A stretch of DNA of 64,000 nt from assembly GCA_963720545.1 (NCBI GenBank), contig OY970399.1, positions 3,872,001 through 3,936,000 on the forward strand, read 5' to 3'. Positions 1 through 7,854 of the stretch are shown here, piece after piece. The stretch is from an uncultured Acidobacteriota bacterium. GTDB taxonomy: Bacteria > Acidobacteriota > Vicinamibacteria > Fen-336. The notes beneath the pieces are model-generated. The model searched no databases, was not told where the DNA came from, and was given only the letters and a program-made list of their open reading frames with translations. How positions within the stretch are numbered: position 1 is the first letter of the stretch; every line of letters begins with the position of its first letter. A program made the translations under genes and the position numbers.

Positions 1-202
1 CAAGCCACTTGATCATCGGGTTCAGCATCCCCATGATCATCAATCCCACGATGATGATGAGGAAGACTGGCACTAGCTGTACTACTAACCAGAGGCCCAC
101 TGCGACGAGGGCGATGCGCAGCAGCGTGTCCGTCGTTATCTGGATGCGCGACGGCGTACTAGTGTTCTTTCTCCCACAATATATACCACGCGTGATATTC
201 AC
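1..202 (-). CDS. AI-2E family transporter, N-terminal part (runs off the window start; start codon uncertain)
   Basis: Manual translation ...PSRIQITTDTLLRIALVAVGLWLVVQLVPVFLIIIVGLMIMGMLNPMIKWL matches the typical AI-2E N-terminus (TM helices ending LNP-x-x-x-WL); not in ORF track. Confidence 0.55.
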   Translation of the reverse strand, partial: MNITRGIYCGRKNTSTPSRIQITTDTLLRIALVAVGLWLVVQLVPVFLIIIVGLMIMGMLNPMIKWL

Positions 203-367
203 TGCTCGTATCGCGCCTGCGTTGGTGAGATGTGTGGTTGTGACCTCTTCGCCAGTTTCTAATATTGGTCATTTTCTGCAGGAGCGAACTAGCCGAAATT
301 CCCGGCAGCGCGTCTGGGTGATACCCCTCAATCGTGCGACAGTCCTCGCAGCTACCTTCCCCAAGTC

Positions 368-517
368 CTATCTGACGGTCCTTCCGCCGACAAAGTGCAT
401 TGCGAGAGAGACGAGAGCCACGAGCAATAGGATGTGGATCAGTCCGCTCGCGACGTGAAACACGGTAAAGCCGCCTATCCATGCAACTAAGAGAACGACA
501 AAGAGCGTCATCCACAT
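368..517 (-). CDS. Small membrane protein, lmo0937/DUF5670 family (49 aa)
   Basis: Manual translation MWMTLFVVLLVAWIGGFTVFHVASGLIHILLLVALVSLAMHFVGGRTVR; W-x-x-G...GLIHILL motif; GAGG upstream; below ORF-track cutoff. Confidence 0.8.
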   Translation of the reverse strand: MWMTLFVVLLVAWIGGFTVFHVASGLIHILLLVALVSLAMHFVGGRTVR

Positions 518-653
518 ACTCGTGAGCCTCACTTTTTCTTTTGCGGTATGGGTTCCACTGCGATGGTGAGCGAATGGCGGCTGCCGCCGCCATTCGCTTC
601 CAAGTGTCGGGCGGTTATCCCGTAGCGTCGGGGGAGCCGCAAGACGAGTCGCG

Positions 654-1202
654 CTATGAGATTGTGGCGGTCGTCTCCTTCACCGATGCTTCACCGGTAG
701 AGGAAACATCCTGGGCACCGGTCTGCTCAAGAATGTCCTTTGCACGTTCTCTCTCGGTAGAGCTGTCAGCGTGGACCGAAAGAAGAATCCCGCCGTCCTT
801 GACCCGACCCTCATAACGTTTGGCTTCGTACTCGGGGATTCCCATTCCAATGAGCGCACCCGTGAGCCCGCCGACCGCGCCACCGACTCCCGCTCCTGCG
901 AGTGCAGCCATGATGGGACCGGCGGCGATGAAGGGACCAAGTCCGGGGATCGCCAATGCGCCGATACCCGCCAACCACCCGAGCCCGCCCCCCAATACGG
1001 CGCCCGCGCCTGCGCCAGTCGAGGCACCTTCGGGCGCCTTGGTGTTCTTTTCGTGAGCGAAATCCTTAGTCCCTTCGCTGTGTGGGAACAGGACGGAGAT
1101 GTCTTCGTTGGAAAAGCGCCCCATCTTCAACGCTTCCACCGCATTTTCTACACTGGACTGGTCGGAATAGATGCCGAACACGGCCGTTTTGGTAACTGAC
1201 AT
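654..1202 (-). CDS. General stress protein (DUF3341/GSP17M-like, glycine-zipper membrane protein)
   Basis: MSVTKTAVFGIY...GAGAVLGGGLGWLAGIGALAIPGLGPFIAAGPI...GMGIPEYEAKRYE. Confidence 0.8.
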   Translation of the reverse strand: MSVTKTAVFGIYSDQSSVENAVEALKMGRFSNEDISVLFPHSEGTKDFAHEKNTKAPEGASTGAGAGAVLGGGLGWLAGIGALAIPGLGPFIAAGPIMAALAGAGVGGAVGGLTGALIGMGIPEYEAKRYEGRVKDGGILLSVHADSSTERERAKDILEQTGAQDVSSTGEASVKETTATIS

Positions 1203-1226
1203 TTGGATGCCTCTTCTCTCTCTCAA

Positions 1227-1655
1227 CTACTTTTTTGGTTGAACTTCCAGTTCGCTAACGACTTTGTCCTTCCCAACTACCTCCGCGGCCTTCGCTTCGA
1301 TCGAGAGTTTTTCGGCATCTGACCTAACCGGCCCTTTGAGGGTTACGATCCCGTCCTGGGAAACGACCTTGACGTTGTGTGCGTATGTGGACAGGGATTT
1401 ATCCTTCACGACTGATTGGCGAATTTGCCGTGCAATCTTGAGATCAGAACGATTGTTCAACTGGTCGCTCGCTGTCGGCTCACCGGCTTTGCGGTCGCGC
1501 TGGTTCACCTTCGTATTGTCTGCAGCGGGCGCTTGGGTAGTGCTTGCGGGATCCTGCGCGGCCCTAGCGTTTTCCTGTGAAAACGCTGAAACCAAGCCGA
1601 TAGCAAAAACGCCAATGACTACGGCGCAGGCAGTTTGTCCGAACGTATATTTCAT
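1227..1655 (-). CDS. BON domain-containing exported protein
   Basis: Signal peptide; DLKIARQIRQSVVKDKSLSTYAHNVKVVSQDGIVTLKGPV BON motif; RBS GAGGAG. Confidence 0.9.
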   Translation of the reverse strand: MKYTFGQTACAVVIGVFAIGLVSAFSQENARAAQDPASTTQAPAADNTKVNQRDRKAGEPTASDQLNNRSDLKIARQIRQSVVKDKSLSTYAHNVKVVSQDGIVTLKGPVRSDAEKLSIEAKAAEVVGKDKVVSELEVQPKK

Positions 1656-1737
1656 CTATGTCGCTCCTCATTCCTTCCAGCAACGTGTGATGCTGGCTGT
1701 GAGTCGCCTAACTCGAATGACGACCCCCGGAGCAATG

Positions 1738-1753
1738 AGCAACAATCGAGCCA
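1738..1753 (-). promoter_or_regulatory. Putative sigma54 (-24/-12) promoter for the BON/general-stress operon
   Basis: Minus strand TGGCTCGATTGTTGCT matches TGGCACG-N4-TTGCW with correct GG-N10-GC spacing, ~80 bp upstream of the BON start. Confidence 0.6.
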
Positions 1754-1988
1754 AGGAGTACGTCTGCGAGCGAACCCGCGGCGGTGGAGCGGCAGTCTGC
1801 CAGAGCGTTTTTCTACAGACGACATTCCTTTGCACGCTTGCGCCCTAATTGCTGACTCGAGTCTCTTCTTGGCTCACACCAGTCCGGGCTAGATAGCCCG
1901 GCGCAGACAAACGCATGGGCCGGGAAGAGCGAAGGCGTCATAGTGCTCCCCAAGGAACACCGCCCAGTACCCTTCAACAGAAAGCGTA

Positions 1989-2270
1989 CTAGTCCGCTGT
2001 GATCGGAGCGGCCGCGCCTTCCATAGTCGGGCTTTGCTTCGCAGCATCCTGGGCGCGAGATAGTCGCATAGTCGCTGTGGTGGGATCCTCTACTAGGCGG
2101 ATCTCAAACTTAAAGGCCGCGACGAACTTACCTTGCGACTCCACAACAACAATTTCCTGTCCATCTGGCAGGTACCTGACGCTAACAACCTTCCCGCAAT
2201 CGCCGCGAGCAACGGGAGGTGAGTCACGAAGAAACTCGACACGTAATCCCACAAGCGGATTGTGTTTCAT
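1989..2270 (-). CDS. Small hypothetical protein, predicted SH3/KOW-like beta-barrel (paralog A)
   Basis: LVGLRVEFLRDSPPVARGDCGKVV...; pattern shared with ORFs at 2554 and 3908. Confidence 0.55.
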   Translation of the reverse strand: MKHNPLVGLRVEFLRDSPPVARGDCGKVVSVRYLPDGQEIVVVESQGKFVAAFKFEIRLVEDPTTATMRLSRAQDAAKQSPTMEGAAAPITAD

Positions 2271-2553
2271 CGAGGAAGCTCCGGGTTAGGTTGGGGGGTG
2301 AACCTAAGCGACGGGCCAAAACGGGGTTTCGTGCTCAGGACACTCACCCTGTTCTAGCCCGTCAAGCAACGAATATAGTCACACCCGCGAAAATGGAGCA
2401 ATCAGGGAAATCCCGCACCCGGTCAGCGGAACGAAAGGGCATGAAGCTCGGGGCGGGCGTTTGCTAGGTCGATCCGCGGGACAGACGCTCTTGCCATACG
2501 ACAGAACGGCAAGTAGGTTGAAAATTGTCCTCCTCGAAACCTAGGCGTATGCA

Positions 2554-2766
2554 ATGGACGGCGTGCCCTCCCGGGGTCGCAGAGTAAAGCTACTAGTTGC
2601 CTTGACTCCAGCACCGTTAGGCGCTGTGTGTGTCGTAAAGAGCGAGTTCACCTATTCGGGTCGGCAGAGTCGAGAAGATGTTTTCCAACTCGTGTACGAC
2701 GGAACAACAATCAAAGCGTTCCGCAAAGAATTTGAGTTTGTTCCTTCGGAGACCGCGAAGCGTTAA
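2554..2766 (+). CDS. Small hypothetical protein, predicted SH3/KOW-like (paralog B)
   Basis: GRRVKLLVALTPAPLGAVCVVKSEFTYSG...EDVFQLVYDGT; clear similarity to the 3908 ORF. Confidence 0.6.
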   Translation: MDGVPSRGRRVKLLVALTPAPLGAVCVVKSEFTYSGRQSREDVFQLVYDGTTIKAFRKEFEFVPSETAKR

Positions 2767-3141
2767 GGCCTCCTGGGGTTGGCCCGGCGGCCAGGCATTT
2801 TCACCGAGAACTTGTCGTGACCGTTGACGCCGGGGTGTACAGTCCCCACCGTCTCTCCTGAGCCATCCCATACCGAGCTTCTCATCTGAAGGCATCGCCT
2901 TTTGAGGAGTGAACATGCTGAAGGGCTATCCGCCAAAAGGTACCAAAGTCAGATTCCTCACCGATGGGGTTCGCACCTTGCGGTTCATAGCCGCCGGCGA
3001 AACCTGAACGCTGATTTCGTCTCCGGACGGAGACATGAAAGAGCTTCCTCACGACTTATTCCTTGTCATGGACTGCCACGACAACATCGTGGTGGCTGAG
3101 CGCAAGGAGATCACCGAAGCAGAGTGACGGGGCGGGGTACG

Positions 3142-3336
3142 CTAATCACTAGGCTTGGACTTGGGTGCTTGCTTGGGTTGGCGGGGCCGTTTGTAGGTAT
3201 GTTCCTTGACCCGCAGGCATTGAACAGTCTCCACATCAGCCGTGTCCGCCAGGCGCTGAGCCTTGCCGCCACACTCAGTGCACCTCTTCCAGCCCAGAAA
3301 CTCACCGAGGTTAACTGCCTGCGGCCCACGTCCCAT
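3142..3336 (-). CDS. Possible small zinc-ribbon protein
   Basis: MGRGPQ...CTECGG...QCLRVKEH; CxxC plus later C/H and basic tail; no other support. Confidence 0.3.
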   Translation of the reverse strand: MGRGPQAVNLGEFLGWKRCTECGGKAQRLADTADVETVQCLRVKEHTYKRPRQPKQAPKSKPSD

Positions 3337-3466
3337 ACCCGCATCTTCTACGGGGGGATTTGACGCTACGCAAGACTCTTCAGGACCGCACACACTACTT
3401 TGCCCGCCCTGCCGCTTAGACCTGAGAGGAATTTTCACCAAGGTCCGTCCAGCGGCGCCTCGTCCG

Positions 3467-3482
3467 TGGCATCCAACCTGCA
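3467..3482 (+). promoter_or_regulatory. Putative sigma54 promoter, cassette copy 1
   Basis: TGGCATCCAACCTGCA, GG-N10-GC spacing, conserved in the second copy. Confidence 0.6.
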
Positions 3483-3516
3483 GTGCTGACCCATGAGAAT
3501 CCTAAAAGGGGCGTTC

Positions 3517-3693
3517 ATGGAACCTCGCACTTCAGATCCCGATGCAGAACCCGTTCCCCTCGACGACAAGCAGCCGAAGTACGGCGGCGTCAATCCCGGC
3601 AACACCAACAACGTCGATGAGCGTTTCTCGGATGACGTCGACGACGATGAAGACAATGACGAAGATCCGGGCGAGGCGGAACTGGGAGCGTAA
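3517..3693 (+). CDS. Small acidic protein, copy 1
   Basis: MEPRTSDPDAEPVPLDDKQPKYGGVNPGNTNNVDER + Asp-rich tail; RBS AAGGGG; several synonymous differences from copy 2. Confidence 0.75.
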   Translation: MEPRTSDPDAEPVPLDDKQPKYGGVNPGNTNNVDERFSDDVDDDEDNDEDPGEAELGA

Positions 3694-3750
3694 GAAACCA
3701 GGAAAGGCGTCGAGTATTTGCCCGCGCAGAATGAACAAGAGGGAAGAAAA

Positions 3751-3906
3751 TTGACGAAATGGCTGTTGGTTACAGCGCTAGCCCTTGGGCTGGCGGGTTG
3801 CGCCAGTGATCCGCCGGTGCCCCCAACACCGCCGGGAGACAACCTCCCATCGCCATCGCCTTCGCCAAAGCCAACACCGACACCCACGCCGCCATCGGGC
3901 CGGTGA
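3751..3906 (+). CDS. Small Pro/Ser/Thr-rich lipoprotein, copy 1
   Basis: TTG start; TKWLLVTALALGLAGC lipobox; (SP/TP)n tail. Confidence 0.7.
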   Translation: MTKWLLVTALALGLAGCASDPPVPPTPPGDNLPSPSPSPKPTPTPTPPSGR

Positions 3907-3907
3907 A

Positions 3908-4108
3908 ATGGACAGGCTCGTAGGCGAACACGTCAAGCTGTTGGTCGGCGTCGCACCGTTGGTGAAGGGCACGATATGCGTTGTCAGGGATGTACTGACC
4001 TATCGAGGTGCGGAGTTGCCAGAGGATCCGCTGTTCTTGGAGCATGATGGAACACGGGTTACTGTGCTACGCCGAGATGTTGAAGAGGTGAACGCTCTCA
4101 TCTCTTGA
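3908..4108 (+). CDS. Small hypothetical protein, predicted SH3/KOW-like (paralog C)
   Basis: MDRLVGEHVKLLVGVAPLVKGTICVVRDVLTYRG...EDPLFLEHDGT; ATG 1 nt after the lipoprotein stop. Confidence 0.6.
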   Translation: MDRLVGEHVKLLVGVAPLVKGTICVVRDVLTYRGAELPEDPLFLEHDGTRVTVLRRDVEEVNALIS

Positions 4109-4530
4109 CTAGCAACTTTGCTGGCGCCGATAGTGAAGTTCTTTTCGAAGCCGATGAACCTGTCGATTTGGGAGAGCCAACAGATCTGTTTTACCCCGCT
4201 CCTGTGGCGGTACGTGGGCCCCGTCCAACCGCCGAGCCCGTTACCCGTATTTTGAAATGGCGTAGCACGATCGGTTGATGTCGCCGATTTTTTGTTGACT
4301 ACATCTAGACCGCCATCCAGAGTGCGGGCGGTGGCTGCCTGCTGAAGGGGCCGGCCACCGAATGCTCGGTCCCTAGAGAATGCTCTCGCTACGGACCGGG
4401 CATTCTTTGCGTCGCCTTATCACGAGTCACGCTGCGCCAGCCTTTTATTCTTTTGTCCTTGGTGCGGCCGCCGGGTTTGTCGTGGCTCACCATTGCTCCA
4501 CGCCGCGCAGGTGCGCCAACCAACTCCTGG

Positions 4531-4546
4531 TGGCATCCAACATGCA
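4531..4546 (+). promoter_or_regulatory. Putative sigma54 promoter, cassette copy 2
   Basis: TGGCATCCAACATGCA. Confidence 0.6.
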
Positions 4547-4579
4547 GTGCTGCACGAAGGTAAACCCAAAAGGAGTGTT

Positions 4580-4780
4580 ATGGAACCTCGCACATCAGAT
4601 CCCGACGCAGAACCCGTTCCCTTCGACGACAAGCAGCCCAAGCATGGCGGCGTCAATCCCGGCAACACCAACAACGTGGATGAGCGTCTCGAGGCTGACG
4701 TCGACGACGATGAAGACGATGATGAAGATCAGGACGAGGACGAATCGGGAACGACAGAAACCAAGAAAGGCGTGGAGTAG
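4580..4780 (+). CDS. Small acidic protein, copy 2
   Basis: MEPRTSDPDAEPVPFDDKQPKHGGVNPGNTNNVDER + acidic tail; RBS AAGGAG. Confidence 0.75.
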   Translation: MEPRTSDPDAEPVPFDDKQPKHGGVNPGNTNNVDERLEADVDDDEDDDEDQDEDESGTTETKKGVE

Positions 4781-4812
4781 CACCACGCCAAATGAAATAA
4801 GAGGAAAGCAAA

Positions 4813-4987
4813 TTGACGAAACAACTCCTGTTAATTACAGCGCTGGCCCTCGGGCTAATCGGCTGCGCCAGCAATCCGCCCGCGCCTGGCACGACGCCAG
4901 CAGGGAACGTTCCTTCTCCCCCCCTCGCCCTCGCCCTCGCCATCGGTCAGCCCGACGCCCACCCCCACGCCCACCTCTAACCGATAA
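4813..4987 (+). CDS. Small Pro-rich lipoprotein, copy 2 (one extra C in the C7 run at ~4918-4924)
   Basis: TTG start, TKQLLLITALALGLIGC lipobox; removing one C restores SPPSPSPSPSVSPTPTPTPTSNR, like copy 1. Confidence 0.6.
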
Positions 4988-4998
4988 AGGGAGGAGCA

Positions 4999-5490
4999 AT
5001 GCCGGCTAAGACATCGAACGCTAGCAAGTCGCAACGCGGGACTGGAAAGCACGCGCTCGCGCTCCTAAAGAAGGACCACGAGACGGTTGCGGGCCTGTTC
5101 GAACAATTCGACAAAGCTAAGGAACCTAGCCGCAAGGCCAAGATCTTTAGCAGCATCAAGTCGGCGCTAGAAGTCCATGCGCGCATCGAAGAGCAGATCT
5201 TCTACAAGGAAGCCGAGAGCGAGGCGGGGCGTGAACTGCAGAAACAGCTTAAAGAGGCCCACGGGGAGCACGCCATCGTCAAGAAGTTGATGGGCGAGGG
5301 TGCCTCACTCGACCCGGACTCTGGTGAATTTGACGCTACCGTCGCCGGGCTGAAGGGGGCCGTCGAGCACCACGTCGAGGAAGAAGAAACGGAAATGTTC
5401 AAGGAGATCCGCAAGGCCTTCTCCCGCGCCGAGCTGCAGGAGATGGGTCAGCGTATGCAGGAGCTCAAGCGGAGTCTGCAGGCTCGATAG
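4999..5490 (+). CDS. Hemerythrin (HHE) domain protein
   Basis: LLKKDHETV, HARIEEQIFY, EAHGEH, HHVEEEETEMF motifs; RBS GGAGGAG. Confidence 0.9.
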   Translation: MPAKTSNASKSQRGTGKHALALLKKDHETVAGLFEQFDKAKEPSRKAKIFSSIKSALEVHARIEEQIFYKEAESEAGRELQKQLKEAHGEHAIVKKLMGEGASLDPDSGEFDATVAGLKGAVEHHVEEEETEMFKEIRKAFSRAELQEMGQRMQELKRSLQAR

Positions 5491-5593
5491 CGCCCACGGA
5501 CCGGTGTGCACGGCGTCGGCGTCAGAGGACTTGAGCCCGGTCTTTCCTTGACTGTTCCCGGCGTGAGCTAGATACCCCCACCCCCGGCACTAC

Positions 5594-6103
5594 TTACTGC
5601 TGTGGCGCCGAAGATTTCGCCTCATGGACAGACTCGTGGCCGTTCGCGTCGCGAATCGTCACCCGAACCACTGCCAGCAATACTGCGAACGTCTCGGGAA
5701 GGGAAGGATTCTGCTTTATCGAGACGACCGAAGTTGCCGGAATCTCGATGTTCTGCCTTGTCGGAATCTCGCAGGTTGACAGGTAGCCGGGCGAACAAAC
5801 GTGGGCGCTCAGTTGTTGGCCGGAAAACGTGGAATGGTACAAGACGTCGCCGGTGCGGTCGGTAACCGTCGTATCGAGGGCCACGATCGTGCCCGGCACG
5901 TTCCCCGAGGTGATGTTGGTTGTGAAATCGGCCCACAAGGTGAAGTGGCCGTGCCCGAAGAGGAACGTCAACCTGCCGATCGGATCCGGTGTAATGCTCA
6001 CTGAGAATTCGCCGGCGGGACCGGAAGGCGTGTCGTTCCCGCAACCTGCGAGGCCTATTGCCAACGCTGCCGTGGCTAATGCAAGCACCCTGATCATGCT
6101 CAC
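5594..6103 (-). CDS. Hypothetical lipoprotein
   Basis: Lipobox LAGC after a hydrophobic signal; beta-rich mature part. Confidence 0.65.
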   Translation of the reverse strand: MSMIRVLALATAALAIGLAGCGNDTPSGPAGEFSVSITPDPIGRLTFLFGHGHFTLWADFTTNITSGNVPGTIVALDTTVTDRTGDVLYHSTFSGQQLSAHVCSPGYLSTCEIPTRQNIEIPATSVVSIKQNPSLPETFAVLLAVVRVTIRDANGHESVHEAKSSAPQQ

Positions 6104-6208
6104 CCCCTGCGTTCAAGGGTAGTCGCCGAACGCGGCAAGCTGGTAATTGCCAAAACGCTTTCGTTCGAGATTTTGATTCGCTTAAGCTGCCAAACACTGG
6201 AGGCGGCC

Positions 6209-6814
6209 ATGTCGGACGACCCAAAACCGGGGCTGCTGGATTCGACGCGCCGTGAGTTTCTTCGCGCTACCGGCGGAGGCGCTGCCGCTGCGGCGATAGT
6301 AGGCGTCGTTCCGGGGCAGGCGAGTGGCGCCGCCGGGCCGGATGCAGAGGGCGCCGTCCAGGTCACGTTGCGCGTCAACGGCAAGGACCGGGCGTTGCGG
6401 GTCGATCCGCGGACGACACTTCTCGATTGTCTGCGCGAGACGGTTGCGCTGACGGGAACGAAGAAGGGGTGCGACCACGGCCAGTGCGGCGCGTGCACCG
6501 TTCACGTCAACGGCCGTCGCGTCAATTCGTGCCTCAGCCTGGCGCTCATGCACGACGGCGACGAGATCACCACCATCGAGGGCATTGGCACGCCGGATGC
6601 GATGCATCCGATGCAATCGTCCTTCGTCGCCTGCGACGCATACCAGTGCGGATACTGCACTTCCGGACAGATCATGTCGGCGGTGGCCCTGCTCAAGGAG
6701 CCGTGCGGTCCCGACGATGCCGCGGTGAAGGAGCTGATGAGCGGGAACATCTGCCGCTGCGGCGCGTACGGCAACATCGTGATGGCGATCCAGACCGTTC
6801 GTAAGAACGCCTAG
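6209..6814 (+). CDS. paoA: Aldehyde oxidoreductase 2Fe-2S subunit with Tat signal (PaoA/YagT-like)
   Basis: STRREFLR twin-arginine motif; GCDHGQCGAC, QCGYC, CRC. Confidence 0.9.
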   Translation: MSDDPKPGLLDSTRREFLRATGGGAAAAAIVGVVPGQASGAAGPDAEGAVQVTLRVNGKDRALRVDPRTTLLDCLRETVALTGTKKGCDHGQCGACTVHVNGRRVNSCLSLALMHDGDEITTIEGIGTPDAMHPMQSSFVACDAYQCGYCTSGQIMSAVALLKEPCGPDDAAVKELMSGNICRCGAYGNIVMAIQTVRKNA

Positions 6815-6833
6815 CGGGGCACGGAGCGACTCC

Positions 6834-7835
6834 ATGAAGACTTTCGAATTCGTCCGGCCTGCAAGCCTGACGGCGGCGGTGACGGCGGCAGCTCAGTCGA
6901 AGACCGCGCAGCAGGGCGCCGACGTGCGTTTCGTCGCCGGTGGAACGACGCTGGTCGACTTGATGAAGCTGAACGTCGAAACGCCCGTGCGGCTGCTCGA
7001 CATCAACCGGCTGCCCCTTGGCAGGGTGGAAGCGATGCCGGACGGCGGGCTGAAGATCGGCGCGACCGTCCGCAATTCCGATCTCGCCAACCATCCCGCC
7101 GTGAAGCGGGACTATCCGGTGTTGTCGCAGGCGCTGCTCGCTGGCGCGTCGGCGCAGCTCCGCAACATGGCAACGACCGGCGGCAACCTCTTGCAGCGAA
7201 CGCGGTGCGCCTACTTCCGCGACACCGCGATGGCCTGCAACAAACGCGAGCCCGGCAGCGGCTGTCCTGCCATCACCGGGAGCAACCGGACCCTGGCGAT
7301 TTTAGGAACGAGCGAACACTGCATCGCCACCAATCCGTCCGACATGAACGTGGCGCTGGCCGCGCTGGAAGCGACGGTCCACGTGCAGGGAGCGAAGGGC
7401 GTGCGCGCCATCCCCTTCGCCGACTTTCACCTGCTGCCGGGCAGCACGCCGAACCGCGAGACCGTGCTCGAACCCGGCGACCTCGTCGTCCACGTCACGC
7501 TGCCGCCGCCCGTGGCGGGGAGCAAGCAGGCGTATCTCAAGCTGCGCGACCGCGTTTCGTACGAGTTCGCGCTGGCCTCGGCCGCCGTGGTGATCACGAT
7601 GTCGGGCGGCACCATAGCGCATGCGCGGGTTGCGCTTGGCGGCGTCGGCACCAAGCCGTGGCGATCGCCCGAAGCGGAGGCCGCGCTCATAGGGAAACCA
7701 GCGGACGCGGCGCACTTCCGTGAGGCTGCCGAAGCGGCCATGCGCGACGCGCGTCCGCAGAGCGAGAACAGGTTCAAGGTCGAGCTTGCCAAGCGCTGCC
7801 TGTCGCACGCGCTACAGGTCGCCACCACGAGCTGA
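6834..7835 (+). CDS. paoB: Aldehyde oxidoreductase FAD-binding subunit (PaoB/YagS-like, with 4Fe-4S insert)
   Basis: AGGTTLVDLMK, GASAQLRNMATTGGNLLQRTRC, CNKREPGSGC. Confidence 0.9.
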   Translation: MKTFEFVRPASLTAAVTAAAQSKTAQQGADVRFVAGGTTLVDLMKLNVETPVRLLDINRLPLGRVEAMPDGGLKIGATVRNSDLANHPAVKRDYPVLSQALLAGASAQLRNMATTGGNLLQRTRCAYFRDTAMACNKREPGSGCPAITGSNRTLAILGTSEHCIATNPSDMNVALAALEATVHVQGAKGVRAIPFADFHLLPGSTPNRETVLEPGDLVVHVTLPPPVAGSKQAYLKLRDRVSYEFALASAAVVITMSGGTIAHARVALGGVGTKPWRSPEAEAALIGKPADAAHFREAAEAAMRDARPQSENRFKVELAKRCLSHALQVATTS

Positions 7836-7854
7836 ATCGAGCGAAGGAGCGAAC

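Larger units (their letters stand above)
3466..3906 (+). repeat. Diverged direct duplication, copy 1 (promoter + acidic peptide + Pro-rich lipoprotein)
   Basis: Aligns along its length with 4530-4987. Confidence 0.9.
4530..4987 (+). repeat. Diverged direct duplication, copy 2
   Basis: Aligns with 3466-3906. Confidence 0.9.

Noticed and set aside
1884..1901. Hairpin CCGGGCTA-GA-TAGCCCGG as a terminator
   Set aside because: No U-tract on either strand; single occurrence
2507..2522. sigma54 promoter upstream of ORF 2554 (CGGCAAGTAGGTTGAA)
   Set aside because: The -12 GC is replaced by GA; too weak to call
3517..4780. Acidic peptides as RiPP precursors (GG motif)
   Set aside because: No modifying enzyme, peptidase-ABC transporter or RRE protein in the neighbourhood
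1..6103. Prophage or plasmid origin for the low-GC island
   Set aside because: No phage structural, replication, integrase or transposase genes visible in the window
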